From Guillardia theta CCMP2712 (taxonomy: Eukaryota > Protista > Cryptophyta), in the NCBI RefSeq assembly GCF_000315625.1, contig NW_005434491.1, forward strand, positions 9,786 to 73,785: a DNA stretch of 64,000 nt. The letters are read 5' to 3'. Positions 23,931 to 37,296 of the stretch are shown here, one piece after another. Position 1 is the first letter of the stretch, and every line of letters starts with the position of its first letter. A program made the translations under genes and the position numbers. The notes below the pieces were generated by a model. The model was not told the origin of the DNA. It was given only the letters and a program-made list of their open reading frames with translations, and did not search any database.

Positions 23931-26900
23931 ATGCAGGTCGCAACATTGTTCGCCTTTGCTCTGCTCGTCACCGTCGAATCTTTCCATGGTGTTGGCAAGC
24001 AGCCTGTCTTTCTCAAAACTGCGAATGGTTTAGTGCGACGTCACACTTCTGCATTCACAATGTCGGGAGCAACAAAATCGAGCTTTGAAGAAGGCAACCT
24101 TGGCGATGACTTGCGAAGAATCACAAGAAGAGTCGCCAAGGGAGGGAAGGATACAAAGCAGCTCGTGTTGGACATGGTTCTTAGGTGAATCAAAGCGGAA
24201 AGAACGAATGAGACTGACACAAGTAACCAGCAATAAAGCATTGGACAACGGGGAATATCCGGTTTTACCATGTTGAATGCTAAGAGCGGCCTTGACTATG
24301 TGTATTTCAAGGTTGATGTGTCCTATCGAAGCTTCAAACAACAAGTTGATGACATGTTGACCGAGACCTCGACTTCGGGCAAGGTTCTCCTGTACTGGAC
24401 TCCTTTTATGCCTACCTGACTCGCTGGATACTGTTTTTAGGGAAGAAGAGGCGAGAAGCGTATTCTAGGGATGGATCGTTCGACATTCCTGAAAGCAGGG
24501 ATGGGACTTTTTGCTGCTTTTTTGGTTGATAAGGCAATTCATCGTTATCAGGAGGTAAAGCATCTGAAATGAAGTCCACAAGTCCCTCACGCACTTTTCA
24601 GGTCAAACAGCATGACAGCGAAGTAAAGTCAAAGTTGCTGGATCACCGAAAGAAATGGGTTTCCTCTTTACTTGTACCTTTCTTGCGTTCTCATCGTCTT
24701 GTAGATCTCTGGAAGGCTGCGGGAGCAGATGAACCAACGACGAGCAGAGGCCCTTCAAAATCTTGGAGAGACTCGGGGACCAAACGTACAGTTTCTCCTT
24801 CTTCACCGGGGCCAGTTCTCAACCTTTCACACAGATTGTGTCGAACGTCGGTACCGCCGTGCGAACGGCTGGTGGAATTATTCTCACTGTTGCAACGGGG
24901 ACCGTGCAGGTTTGTATTGAACGACGAGAAGAGCTTATTTCAACGATGTTTTAGGCGATCAGTCTGACTATCTCAATTGCAACTTTCTGTGTGAAAGGTG
25001 TTCAGACTGCTGCAAGTACAAGTGTTGAGGTGTGTGCAGCTTTGTGTGATAGTCAGACTATTAACCCTGGTCAAGGCTTTCAGACTTGTCGCTTCGTTTG
25101 TTCACTCAGCCATTGAGGTCTTTGCCCTTGATTCTTTCTCACTCAACTCATCGCGCCCAGGTCTCGACCCCTGTGGCACAAGTGGCAATTGAGCAAGGAG
25201 CAAAGATCGCACAACCTGCCATAGAAAGAGCCACTCCTTATGTGGAAGAGGTTGATCTGAACCCACTCTTCTCGCGCCTAACTGCCTATGCTCTACACAC
25301 AGGCCGTTGAGAAATCTATTACCCTCGTTGAAGATCTTCAGCAGCAGGAAGCACATATGTTTCTTGTTAAAAATCATCTCTGATGTAAGTTGTACAGGTC
25401 GTGTCCCATCAGGGAGAAATCGAAAATCTTCTCCAGCCCGTGGTGAAGCCGACCCTGTCTGTAGCGGAGGTTGCTGTGCTCCTAAGGTCTCTTCCTTCCG
25501 GCTTATGTACCTTGCAGAGTGGAATTAAGACAATCTCGTCTCAAATGAGCCTTGCGACTGAGTCAGTGCAGCCCCTTGTCTCGCAATCACAAAAAGTTGC
25601 TGTTGATATTGTGAGAACCGAACTGTTTGCTGCATGCTCTCCCCTGACCGTATTCCTATCCGTCAAGAGTAATCAGGGCAGCCGTGCCATGAACGAGCTC
25701 AATTCCAACCTGAGGTAGTTCACTTCCACCATGCCCCGCCTGTTCTGACAGCCTGTAGACCGACTGTTGACTTGCTCACCGAGTATTCAAGGCCGTTAGT
25801 TCCTGTGTTTGAGGTGCCGCCCTTCCCTTCAATGTTCCCTTCCTGTATCTTCTCTTCCTGCTGTAGCCTTTGATCAGCTCTCCTCATGTTACCTTGTCTG
25901 TTCCTCTGGCACGACAAGTTTATCTGCACCTCTCGTAGGTGTTGAAGGGCTTCGTTCTCGGAACTTTCTTCCTGACAGCATCAGTCGTCTCCACCTTGTC
26001 GCAGGTGCGACTTGTACTGGTCATTCTCCCACCTCAAGCAGGATTAGGATGGAATGGAAGGGCTCAAAGCACAGACAATGAGCGGCATGAGCGACATGGT
26101 GCATCAAGCAGCAGAAGCAGGTCTCATCTTCATCTCCCTCCCTTCTCTCATCTTCATCTCCCTTGCTTCTCTCATCTTCATCTCCCTCTCTTCTCTCATT
26201 TTCATCTCCCTCTCTTCTCTCATCTTCATCTCCCTTGCTTCTCTCATCTTCATCTCCCTTTCTTCTCTCATCTCCTTCAGGTGCGCAAGTCGGCCGAGCA
26301 GCCTTGGACGCTGGGATTGATGCTGCCGGTGAGTCAAAACCTCGCCTCTCCTAGTTCCAAACTAAATTTCTCGAATAGGACAAGCAATCAACGAAGCGAT
26401 GAAAAGCGAAAACGTTCGTTCATGAGTTTTGACCTCCAACTCTTGCAGCTGCTCTCCTTGATGCTTCTCCTTCCATCCCTCATTTTCCTTGCATTCTTTG
26501 CGGCTCATTGAGCTTCTAGGTGCACGAGATCACATCGAAATCGAATGCGCTCCTGACTGACCTTGAAACCTATCAAAAGGTCGCTTCATCCTCAGGCCTG
26601 CAATGGGATGGATTGTTATCTGACGTGCTGCCTTTTAGAACGTCATGGCTAGTGTTGAGCACTCGTTGCACGAGATTCGGGAGGTCCCTCAGAACATGGT
26701 GAAACAAGTTCAAATTCCTTCTGTGCAGGTGAAAAGAAAGGCTCAATGGATGTCCTTCGATTGACCCTTGCCGGCAGGACCTTGCTTCCATGTTGCAAAG
26801 GCAGGTTGCACCGAGTCACTCTGTCAACGCCTTCATTGACTCTTCCGCGGTCTGCAACTTGAAGTTCTTGAGATTTCGTTCACATGGGTGTAGAGCGTGA

Positions 26901-27019
26901 AGGACAATTTCCCTATGGAGACGCTCAACATGCTGAACAACATCGACAAGGTTATGAAGGGGATCGAAGCGAAAGGAATGACATGCAAGAACAGGCTCCA
27001 GAATGAAGATTTTTTCTGA
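23931..27019 (+). CDS. Multi-exon hypothetical protein with bipartite (signal peptide + F-transit peptide) leader, probably plastid-targeted
   Basis: MQVATLFAFALLVTVES-FHGVGK... followed by Ser/Thr/Arg-rich stretch; many short GT-AG introns; boundaries approximate. Confidence 0.5.
26122..26280. repeat. Intronic 24-bp minisatellite (TCTCATCTTCATCTCCCTTGCTTC-like)
   Basis: About 6 copies filling a GT...AG intron. Confidence 0.85.
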
Positions 27020-28063
27020 CATGGCAAAGCATCCATACAATTTTGTATTCTAACTCCTCTTGGACTGATACAGCTTGAAACATTCCTCACGTCTCAATCT
27101 GTGAACTGTCTGCTCACAATACAGCAGTAGACATGTTTTGTACTTGCGCCTCAACGATACAACCTGCTCGAAGAAAGTCTCCGCCTGCTGCTCATCCTTC
27201 ATCCTTCATCTATGCATGGGAGCGCATGTCTCCTCCTAAGATCACGCCAGGAGCGATGACGTTGACATTCAGCTATTCGCTCATGTCCTCCACGTCGACA
27301 ACTTTGATATCGTCTGCTCGAAAGAGAGAGACACCACGGATGAAGGAGACCCGTGATATGTCATCGGTTTCTGAAGAGTCTTTGAATGCCTCGCCAAACA
27401 CTTGCTCGCAGCTTCCTTCGCCCCCAGACCGCCTTCCCTGCTCCTAGCTTGCCGCCATGATGCGCCTGAAGGCACCTGAAGGCAGCCTGAAGCCTGCTGA
27501 GCCTGCAGCTGAGCCTGGTGAGTCTCTGACCATGATGCCTGCAAACCCGGCGCTGCCTGGGATTATTATTTTAACACTGAACCTAAACCGCAACCTAAAC
27601 CCTGTAAAACCCTAACAAAAACTCATGTCATAGGTATCGCATGGCTTGAGCATGGTGGTGCAGATGTGTATGAGCGTGTGCCTGCAGGTAGATAGCTGCT
27701 TGTTTCACATGCTTATCCTGTTCATGCTTGCAAAAGCTGTTTGCTCATCCATTCGTATTGCTCTTTAATTGTTGTCATCCTGTCAAGGTGGCAGTATCAA
27801 TGCTTTCATGATTGACCTCTCAAGAATCACCGGGATCATACAATGTGGATGAGATGAAACTTGAATATCATGCTTGCTCTGATTCTCACCACCTGATATC
27901 TGCCAACAGGCTGCTCGGGCGACAAACTTCTTCAGATCCATCAACTTCATCAGGAGTTGTCGTAGTGCTGAATGACTCCCAACACCACAGAACTCAACAG
28001 CCAAGAACCGCCCAGTTTGAATGTGCGCCGGATGGCGAGATTTCTTGATTGAGACACTCCGAA

Positions 28064-31000
28064 ATGAGCAGCCAGTCAGGGAAATCGACACAAGCTGACC
28101 AGGACAAGAATGTTGTGAAGGAGAACGGCGTTACCTCCTGTAGCGTAACTTCTCCAAGTGATACCAAGGAGGGGGAGTCACTGATAAGCTCCAACGAAAG
28201 AGCAGAAGATTTGAGCACTGGAAATGATGCACTAGAGGGTGACCACAGGGTTTGTTTGCATCTTGCTCCTCGCTGACACTGACGCCTCCTCGGACTGCCA
28301 GGAAGCTACTGCTAGTGATGAACTGCCCAGCATTCGTAAGTGAAATCGTCTCTGACGGCAGCGTCTCAACTTGCTGCAGAGCCTGCAGCGGACGAGCACG
28401 TCAAAGCGTCGACATGTCAAAGCTTGACTGCTGTTCATTCGCCGTCGACTCTGCGGGATGCTCACCTCGAGCAGCGACAAGACACTCCCAGCAGGCCCTC
28501 CGCTCCTCATCCTCAGGCATTCCCTCGTTCGTCTCTCTCTTTTCGCTAAGGCCCGACAGTCTTCGCCGTCTAAGAAACAAGAAGCTCTGCGTCATCCCGG
28601 GGAACAGCTCTCTAAGCCCACTCGCTGGGACACTCACTCGTGGCTGCCGCTGCTCCCTGCGTCAGGGCTGATCTGCTATCACGGACATGATGTGCTGGGC
28701 TTCAAGATGGAGCCTTCCCACAGAGACCGCCTCCTCCAGGTCCGCTCTCTCCTCCATATCAGTGCCGCGAGCGTTGAATCATGATTGCCTGTTGCAGTGG
28801 TCTGAGGGCTACATGGAGACTGTGGCGCAGCAACGCGTTCGCTGGATGTCTTTCCTAGGTTGTCATACAGGTAGATGCTGCTGATGCCACAAGTCGTCGG
28901 GTGAAAGTGTTGAGTGACTTCAATGGAAGGGATATTGGATGATGCGATGAGAAATCGCCTAAAGCTTCTCGTTCGGCTGGGAGTCCCTCCCGAGCTCAGG
29001 TCCTCCTCTCCTTGTCCTTTGCGTCTGCTTGTCCTCTCGCAGGATCTGCTGCTGACGCCTCAAGCTTCAGGCATCGAGTGTGGCGGCTGACGACAGGGTC
29101 GTTTGCAAAGCAGAGAAAAGCAGCAGGTGAAGCTTGCGAGGGGCAGGGATGTGGTCACTATGTAAGCAGTGACGTACGACGAGCTGCTGCGGAGGTACGA
29201 GGGTGTGAAGTCGCCCTTCGACGATCAGATCACCAAAGATCTCAAGCGGACGCTGCCGAATCATGACAGGTACATGCCTGATGAACAGATGAATGTGTAA
29301 ATAGATGAGTAGATGAATGTGTAAATAGATGAGTAGATGAATGTGTAAATAGATGTGTAGATGGATGTGTAAATAGATGAGTAGATGAATGTATGTATGA
29401 ATGTGTGTATGTGGGGGAGACGAGTCGGTTTGTACACAAGCAGTGGAAGGAACCCAAAGCTTGAAAGATGAGTCATTTGCGCAGGTACAAGACCGATGAA
29501 GCACAAAGCGCGCTTGGGAGAGTCTTACGCGCGTACTCGCTATGGCATCCCACCATCGGATATTGTCAGGGGATGAATTTCGTATGTGCGATCCTCTTGC
29601 TCATCATGGCAGAAGAAGATGCATTCTGGTTGCTGGCTGCAATAGTCGAAGACGTTCTGCCTGGGTTCTACCATCCATCCTTGATCGGAGTGAACACAGA
29701 TACGCACACACTACTCGATCTCGTGGCGATCAAACTGCCGGATGTCTGGCAGAGCCTTCAGACGCTGCGGTTGGACCGTGAGTCTCTCTGCTCAGTCTTT
29801 GTCTCTTGGTTCATGTGCCTCTTCAACCAGCTCCCCAGTGAGAGCATGCTTCGAGCTTGGGACCTGCTTCTCTTCGAGGGCTCCAAGACTCTGTTCCGGA
29901 TCTCTCTCGCCCTCCTCAAGCTCTACTCCAAGCAGCTGTCGGACCTGGCGACCGCAGTCGAGCAGGGTCTCATCCCTCACGATACCGCAGGACACGAGGC
30001 GCTCAAAGTGATGAGGGGGATGCCGAGCAACGCCATCGACAGCAACGAGCTGATCATGACGGCAGCAGGAGGGCTGGGAAGCATGCCTAAGACGATGCTC
30101 TACAAGCTGAGAATGCATAACTCAAGGAGAGTGCTGTCAGGGGGCAACCTAGAGGAAGTCTTCGTGAAGCAGTCAGAGGCGCTCCTGACCCTGCGCGGGC
30201 GGGAAGAGGAGAACACTCGCAAGTGCCTGATCACCTCCAACGGAGGGAGGAACGTGTGGAGCGGAGACGACTCGGGGAACGTCGGAGTTTGGGATTCGCA
30301 GACAGGATGCTGTATCAAGAGGATGCAAACTCCTTCTCGGCGTCGCGTCTGCTCCATGGCTGTGTCAGGGCTCAACGGGGAGGGCCACGTGTGGGTGGGT
30401 TGCCAAGGAGGCTCGATCTGCACCTTCGACACCAGGACCCTCGAGCTCTGGAGCCTCTTGCCCGGTCACACGCAGGATGTGCTTGCAATCGCGCGGGTGG
30501 GAAACTCTATGTGGACAGCAGCTGGACATATCGTGTGGGTGTGGGAGAACTGCGAGACATCGGACCCCCACGTTTCCAAGGAGCTCAACTGCATCGGGAA
30601 GGATATTCTCTCACTCCTCTCCTCGTCCTCCGGCGCCTTTGTCTTCTGCGGCTCGATCGCTGGGTTTGTGGTGCTGGATGCCAAGAGCGGGGAGACGATC
30701 ATCGTGGGGAGCGTGGACGAGGGGATCACGGACGTGGTGGAAGTCGCGTGTCCTCAGGGCCATCTCAGCGACAAGAAAGTCGCTCATCGAGGAGCTGAAA
30801 TCTGGTGCATCCATGGAAACTCCGTGCTGGGTTGTTGGGATGCGGCGACGTTCTCGAGTGCACAATGCAAGCACGTGGGGAAGGCAAGGACGACTGCATG
30901 GCAGCAGGAGGCTGAAACTTGTTGTGCAGGGGGATGTGTGCGGGCTTGTCGCGCTTCCCAACGGAGAAGTTTGGTCGGGAAGCAGCGATGGGAGAATCTG

Positions 31001-31253
31001 CGTGTGGAGCAGCAAGAGCAAGCGAGTCATTCGCGCTCTCGGATCCCAGTGTGAGCCCGTGAGTTCTATGGTGGCAGTTGCCAACGACCTGCTCGGCGTC
31101 CTCACGGTAGCGACTCCTCATCCTCTCCTCCATGACGTCGCGCAGGTTTGGGTGGCGCATTACGATGGGAGCGTGTCCGTGTGGATTGCTTCTGACCTAT
31201 CGAGCGAGAGCATCGAGCGAGCAAACGTGAGTCAACCTGCCGCCTCAGAGTGA
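28064..31253 (+). CDS. TBC-domain Rab GTPase-activating protein with C-terminal WD40-like propeller (spliced)
   Basis: LLVRLGVPPELRHRVW, QITKDLKRTLP, GYCQGMNF, EEDAFW, LRAWDLLLFEG; repeated VWSG/VWVG WD-like strands. Confidence 0.85.
29280..29410. repeat. Intronic 24-bp minisatellite (ATAGATGAGTAGATGAATGTGTAA)
   Basis: About 5 copies within a TBC gene intron. Confidence 0.85.
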
Positions 31254-31515
31254 CGACTGAGCGCGTATCAGCACTCGAGGTATGAATGGCGCGCGCAAGA
31301 GGAGAACATCGCTCAGATTCGGCACGCGAGCGAGCTGAGGGGAACGGAGGAGGAGGGGGCAAGGTAAGGTTGTCCTGACGAGGCCCAGCTGACGGAAGGC
31401 TAGACTCGTGCAGGGAGCGAGGACGAGGGAGGGAAGCGCGTGCTGTGTCTCTTGATAAATCATCGCCTTCTTCTCTTTGTCTGTCTTCCCCCGGCTGATT
31501 TGTTTCGTTTCTCCC

Positions 31516-33281
31516 CTAACGGATGGCTCGATGTTTGATCCCCGCCAGGTCGCGGATCTCTTCCGACAAGAGAACGTGGCCGTTGATGATGGCGGCCTGC
31601 AGCAGATCAGAGTAGACGGGAGGGGAGCATGGCTGACCTGTAGCGGCGTCACCTTCGCCTCGTAAGTCTCTGCGGACAGATCTCCTCCTGCCAGCAAGCT
31701 GAGGCTCATCTCAAGCGAGCTATCTGCTCCTGAACCTGCTCGAACAAGCCGCCGTACAACCTCGCCGTACCCCTTGCTTGCTGCCCAATGACTGCGAGGA
31801 GGATGAGCTTGAGGGAGGAAGGAGGAGGATGAGCTTGAGGGAGGAAGGAGGAGGATGAGCTTTAGGGAGGAAGGAGGAGGATGAGCTTGAGGGAGGAAGG
31901 AGGAGGATGAGCTTGAGGGAGGAAGGAGGAGGATGAGCTTGAGGGAGGAAGGAGGAGGATGAGCTTGAGGGAGGAAGGAGGAGGATGAGCTTGAGGGAGG
32001 AAGGAGGAGGATGAGCTTGAGGGAGGAAGGAGGAGGATGAGCTTGAGGGAGGAAGGAGGAGGATGAGCTTGAGGGAGGAAGGAGGAGGATGAGCTTGAGG
32101 GAGGAAGGAGGAGGATGAGCTTGAGGGAGGAAGGAGGAGGATGAGCTTGAGGGAGGAAGGAGGAGGATGAGCTTGAGGGAGGAAGGAGGAGGATGAGCTT
32201 GAGGGAGGAAGGAGGAGGATGAGCTTGAGGGAGGAAGGGGTCGTTAGCTCACAGCGGGGTGTGCCCATCCACAGTTCTCGCATTGGGATCAGCTCCATAT
32301 CGCAGCAACCTGAGGCAGAGCGTCAGGAACTGCTTCCACTTCATCTGGCATCACCATCGCACCACCCAGACGTTTCCTTTTCCGGCAGCAAGATGCAAAC
32401 TCGTGGCCATAAAACAGCTGAGAAGCTGTCAGCCACTTCCAGACATCCACACTCTGCTCCAACTTGGGATCTGCGATGTTGACATCGATACCAACCTTCT
32501 TGACAAGATGTCTCACCTGCAAACAACATCAATCTCTTTTCCTTAACTCACTTGCAAGGATGCCGTGCACTCACTCCTCGCAAGTCGTTTGTGATGGCGT
32601 TGCTCCATAACATATTTTGCGCTGCCTAGACATTTTGTAAAGACTAGCCGACCATCAAAGCAGGCAGTTCTCACATCCAGAATTTGAATTTCGCGCTCGT
32701 TCTGTGCATGCCTGGTTGAAAGTGCCCTTGTGGACTTGGAGCCAGCTTCCAGGTATAACTTGTGCCTCATTTCAATCAACATCTTTTCTCCATCCAGTAG
32801 GAGCTCATTCCATAACAGTGGATTTCTTCGGCAAAGCTTCACCCATTTTGGTTGACATTATGTAAGACTTACCTTGACACAGGGTCGGCTGCTCCCGTGT
32901 TGTCGACAGCCTGACGAAGAGTTAGCGAACCTTTCAACGACAGGGCAGGAGGGGAGAATGATGGGATGCAAGGACAGAATGATGAGATACAAAGTGTTAA
33001 TGATGGGACAAGGCCAGCGATCCGTACATCCTCTTCTCTTACATGGAGAACTGCTGTGAGGTGAGGAGTCGGTTGCCCGTAGGTGCGAAGCCATTCACGT
33101 GTTTTCTTTCTCTTGATGCGCTGCTCAATATTGCATCACACACATCATGAAAAAATATTAGCAGAGAAGACATCACCATCTTTGTGATGGGGCGATTCAT
33201 TTCCTCCAAATTCTTCATTCGCTGATGCATTGTTTGCCCGCGCCGTCTTCTTCCTCCTCCGCGTAGTCGTAGGTTTGCCAT
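31516..33281 (-). CDS. Ankyrin-repeat protein (spliced; N-terminus uncertain)
   Basis: Spliced exons [35 protein letters not shown] and [13 protein letters not shown]. Confidence 0.65.
31797..32238. repeat. Intronic 23-bp minisatellite (GGAGGATGAGCTTGAGGGAGGAA), about 19 near-perfect copies
   Basis: Directly visible; lies in the intron splitting an ankyrin TPLH motif. Confidence 0.95.
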
Positions 33282-33974
33282 GGGTGACCGGCATGATTGA
33301 GCAGATGATGGCTGGTGAAACGAGCTGAGTAGATTGCGCGCATGGTGCTCATGGTGTGCAGAAAGTTGAAGGGGATATAGAAGGCCCTTCGAGTTCAAAC
33401 AAAGTTGCGGGAGGAGGAGGAGGAGGAGGAGGAGCCGCACCAAGACGGCAACCATGGCATGAGCGGCTCTAACGCAATGAAGACTTTCTTGTTCTAATTC
33501 TTGTTCTAATTCTAGAACACGGTTCTTAAATTTTGTCTCAAAATCCTTGTTAGTACGGTCAGAGTACGGTCGGAAGATGACTGAGAAGGCCCGGGCCCGG
33601 GCCCAGTACGGCATGCGAGAGATAGGCCCGGGGCCCGGGGGGTGGATGATTGGAGGTGATAAAGTAGGGTAGTAGAAGAGCCATCATAGAGGTAGGAGGG
33701 TCTGGGGTACTAGGAACTTCAATCACGGAATGGTAGGCCCGGGACCGAGCAATGGGACGGGGTGGGGTACTAATGTGTCAGTGTGTTCCATCATTAGTCG
33801 CCGGGATCTCATTGGAAAGAGGGGTGGGGTGGTGGGAAATGAGGGATGGTATGGAGGGGTAGTTCCAGGCAGTAGGTAGGATGATACCTGAAACAGGGGT
33901 GGGGGTGGGCAAGGTAAAAAAAAGAGCGCGTGCGAGTGCAGACAAGGCGGGTGGAGGAGCAGCGAGAAGCGAAA

Positions 33975-34717
33975 ATGTTTGACAAAGTTGTGGTGGTTGA
34001 CTGCAGGGGCCACCTGCTTGGAAGACTCGCTTCCATCATCGCTAAAGAGCTTCTCGGAGGTCAGCATGTTGTTCTTACAAGATGTGAGGAGCTCAACATC
34101 AGCGGAAGCTTCATCCGCAACAAGTACCTCTTCATGTCCATGCTCCGCAAGAAGAAGAACAGCAACCCTTCCAAGGGTCCTTACCACTTCCGATCCCCTG
34201 CAAGGATGGCGTGGAGGGTTATCCGTGGTATGATGCAGCACAAGTCTCCTCGCTGCCAAGCTGCCCTTGACAGACTCAAGGTGAACGGATTGAAACGCAC
34301 AGCTAGCTTGTTTCTGAGATTTGATATCTGACTGGTCATTCTGCAGGTGTTTGAGGGCATTCCTCCTCCCTATGACAAGGTCAAGCGCGTGGTCATTCCG
34401 ACAGCGCTTCGCATCCTCCGCCTGAAGCCGAATAGGAAATACACCAACCTCGGACGCATGTGCTCTGAAGTCGGATGGAAGCATTGGGACACCATCAAGG
34501 AGCTTGAGGAGAAACGCAAAGTCAAGGGAAATGCATTCTGGGCGAAGAAGAAGGAAGCAATTCAGGTTTTGTGCTTGATATTATGTAGAACGCGAGAGTG
34601 ATAAGTATTTTCTAATCGCAGATGAGAACTAAGGCCATGAAGCAAGCAGCACAGGATCCTAAGGTCAAGAAAGTTCAGAAAATTCTTGACATGGTAGAGA
34701 ACCCTTCAATGGCTTAA
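33975..34717 (+). CDS. RPL13A: 60S ribosomal protein L13a (uL13), two introns
   Basis: [51 protein letters not shown]. Confidence 0.95.
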
Positions 34718-36059
34718 GTTTGCTCAATCATGACCATCAAGTAAATCACAGTTCGCAATTTCGCACGATTTCTCATACTGCAGTAGCTGATAGTGAATTC
34801 GCCTTGCCCGGTGTGCTGCCTCTTGCAAACAGCATTGTTGGGTGAGGGAACTTAGCCTGTGTCCCTATGCTCTAATTGCATGAGAATTCTTGAGCTTGAA
34901 GTCCATCACATGCTGGAGCTTCAGGTCCCATGCAATGTTACGTTGGTGTATTTGAACACGTTTATCATCTTTGCCTCCCTGAACTGTGCAGTGCAAATAT
35001 TTTTTCCAATTTTTGTTTTCTATGGATCTTTTATTCCTGCTGCAAAATTCCCTTCCTATCCTCACTCGGGCATGAAACCGATCCTCTATCTCTCAGTCTC
35101 TCTCTTCCCTGCTCTCTTGGATTCTTCTGCTCCCCAATCTGAGGTCAGAACCTTACTCTTACTCTCTCTCTGCCGCCCCGTGTTGGACCTTCGCCTCTCC
35201 TCCAAGCAACTGCTTCCTATGATGAGACGAGTTCACAAGATATCAATGCTCGCTAACCTTGCCTGTTATCACTTTTGCGTCTTGGTTACATGACTGAGAA
35301 AGATTCAATGTTCGCTTCAATCCTTTGAAGTCACTACTTAATGTTTTATGCCTGCCCTCTTCGATTCTTCTGCTTTCCATTCGGAGGTGAGACTCTCACT
35401 CTTTCTTTCTCTTCCCCCCTTTTCCTCCCTCACGATCTTCAAGCCCTGATCTTACTCGGGGATCACAAGAGTCTTTCAGAATGTTCTGCTTTGTTGCAAT
35501 AAATTACATCCATCCGTTGCCTGTCTCTCAAAAATCTTTGACGACAGCCTGGGCATCATTGAAATTGACATGACAGAAGGCAACGGACTGCTAGGTCACT
35601 TGTCTAGTAAACCATTCATTTGTGCGCCTTTTACTGACCAATTTCCGATTCTGCCAGTCAATCAGAGTGCAATTCCAAGAGCCTGGACCTGCATTCAGTA
35701 AGTAAACTGCTGCAACAAGACAGGAAGGGTGGAGCCCAGCCAGGTCAGACTTGGATGTAAACCCTGAACCATGTACTCCTTTAAATTCGGATTATCATTT
35801 AATCTTACTTTATGTGAAAGCGAGAGGCCTCTTGATACAACACAATTATTTGTGCTCAATGCAAGAAATTGAGCACCATGGCAGCATCCAACGTGAAATG
35901 GGAATATACGAATAGAGTTTGCATCACTGACTGCACAAATGGTTTAGAACACAATGTCAAGTATCAAAAAGCTTTCAATATTTACTTTTCCCTTCACATT
36001 TGTTTTCCGGATTAACATTTTTTCCACTTCACTATATCTAATTCCGATCCAAAAGTTTT

Positions 36060-37296
36060 CTACTTCGAATTCTGAAAAACGCTGCTTGCCATAGCCGATC
36101 GCAGTTGCACATCCAAGACCTCCTTGAGTCGTGACTCTCCGAATTCTTTGAACGAGCGATCTAGAATATCTGTCGATATGGCTGAGTCAGCTTCGTTGAG
36201 GTGCTTCTGGATAGCTTCACTGAGGCGAGCCGCACTTTCAAGCGCACAATTGCACCCTTCCCCAAGTGATGGAGTCATACAGTGGCCGGCATCCCCGATT
36301 AGGACAACACGGTCATTGCAAGCATTGAGGCAATCTTCCACTTTGATCCAAGATACTCTTCGACTTATTGTCATGTCACAAATATTGTCCAAGATTCCCG
36401 CAGTTTTTAGGAATGGAAACTCCTTGCCCAACAATTCTTTTGCTCTCATCAGGGTTTCATTGTTTTCAGATTCACCATTCCAAGAAATGATGTTACCATC
36501 CGTTGGTTGCAGCCAGGGATACGAAGCTAAAATTTCGTTGAACAATACCCAGGAAATAGACGCCGTTCCGTCGAGCAAAGGAGCGAGCATAAGATACATT
36601 GCAATTTGCGGAGTTTGCGGCTTCAAAACATGTAAAGATTTCTCAACATGATCAGGCCATCTGGTCAGGCTAAACGAAACGCCCCATGAGTTTTCTTTGA
36701 TTTCCTGATATTTGTACATCTTGCTTTTGTCCCCAGTATGTTTGAATGGGCTACAGGTCCGAATTGCAGACCATTTGCCGTCAGCTCCAATCACGTGTGA
36801 AAATGTTTTTGCATCACCATTACTCAAACTCAACTCTAGAAGTTTCCCGTTTTCACGAGCATTCAGGTCATCTACCTTAACACCATGGCTGATGTCTGCG
36901 TTAGGCATTGCTCGCAATGCGTGTGTCAGAAGCTTCGTCAAAGCAGTTCGGGTGATTGCATACTGCGGAGGATTACGCTCTATCACATTCTCCTTGTCTC
37001 CTGACTTGACAATTATCCTTGTTCTGATGAGAGCCTCTTTATGCACTTGATGAAGTAGACCTGCATGCTGCAAGGAGTTCAGCCCTCTCTGATTCAAGTT
37101 GATCGAGTACGATCTGCTGTTCCATTCAGATACAGATTGAGCTTGCTCAAATACACAGACATCCAGTCCCCTTTGAGCTAAAAGGAGGGCAGCCAACAAG
37201 CCAGCAGGACCCGCGCCTACCACAGCAACCTGCCATGAACCATCACAAGTCTTGTGTGTCGCACATTATCCCCTCGCAACTTACTTGCGGCAGCAT
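36060..37296 (-). CDS. FAD-dependent monooxygenase (kynurenine 3-monooxygenase/aromatic hydroxylase-like)
   Basis: VAVVGAGPAG, RSYSINLNQRG, IGADG, VVLIGDAGHCMTPSLGEGCNCALES; one short 5' intron after MLPQ. Confidence 0.85.

Noticed and set aside
27020-27540. Small minus-strand gene (BolA- or SDR-like fragments such as DDIKVVDVEDM, NVNVIAPGVI)
   Set aside because: No consistent spliced frame could be built
31797-32238. CRISPR-like array
   Set aside because: Contiguous 23-bp repeats with no unique spacers, inside a eukaryotic intron; no cas genes
34800-35900. Possible charged low-complexity gene on the minus strand
   Set aside because: Exon-like pieces exist but no supportable model or domain
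36060-37296. Horizontal transfer of the FAD monooxygenase (low GC, nearly intronless)
   Set aside because: Neighbouring native LCB2 gene has similarly low GC and the gene has a normal intron; composition alone is insufficient
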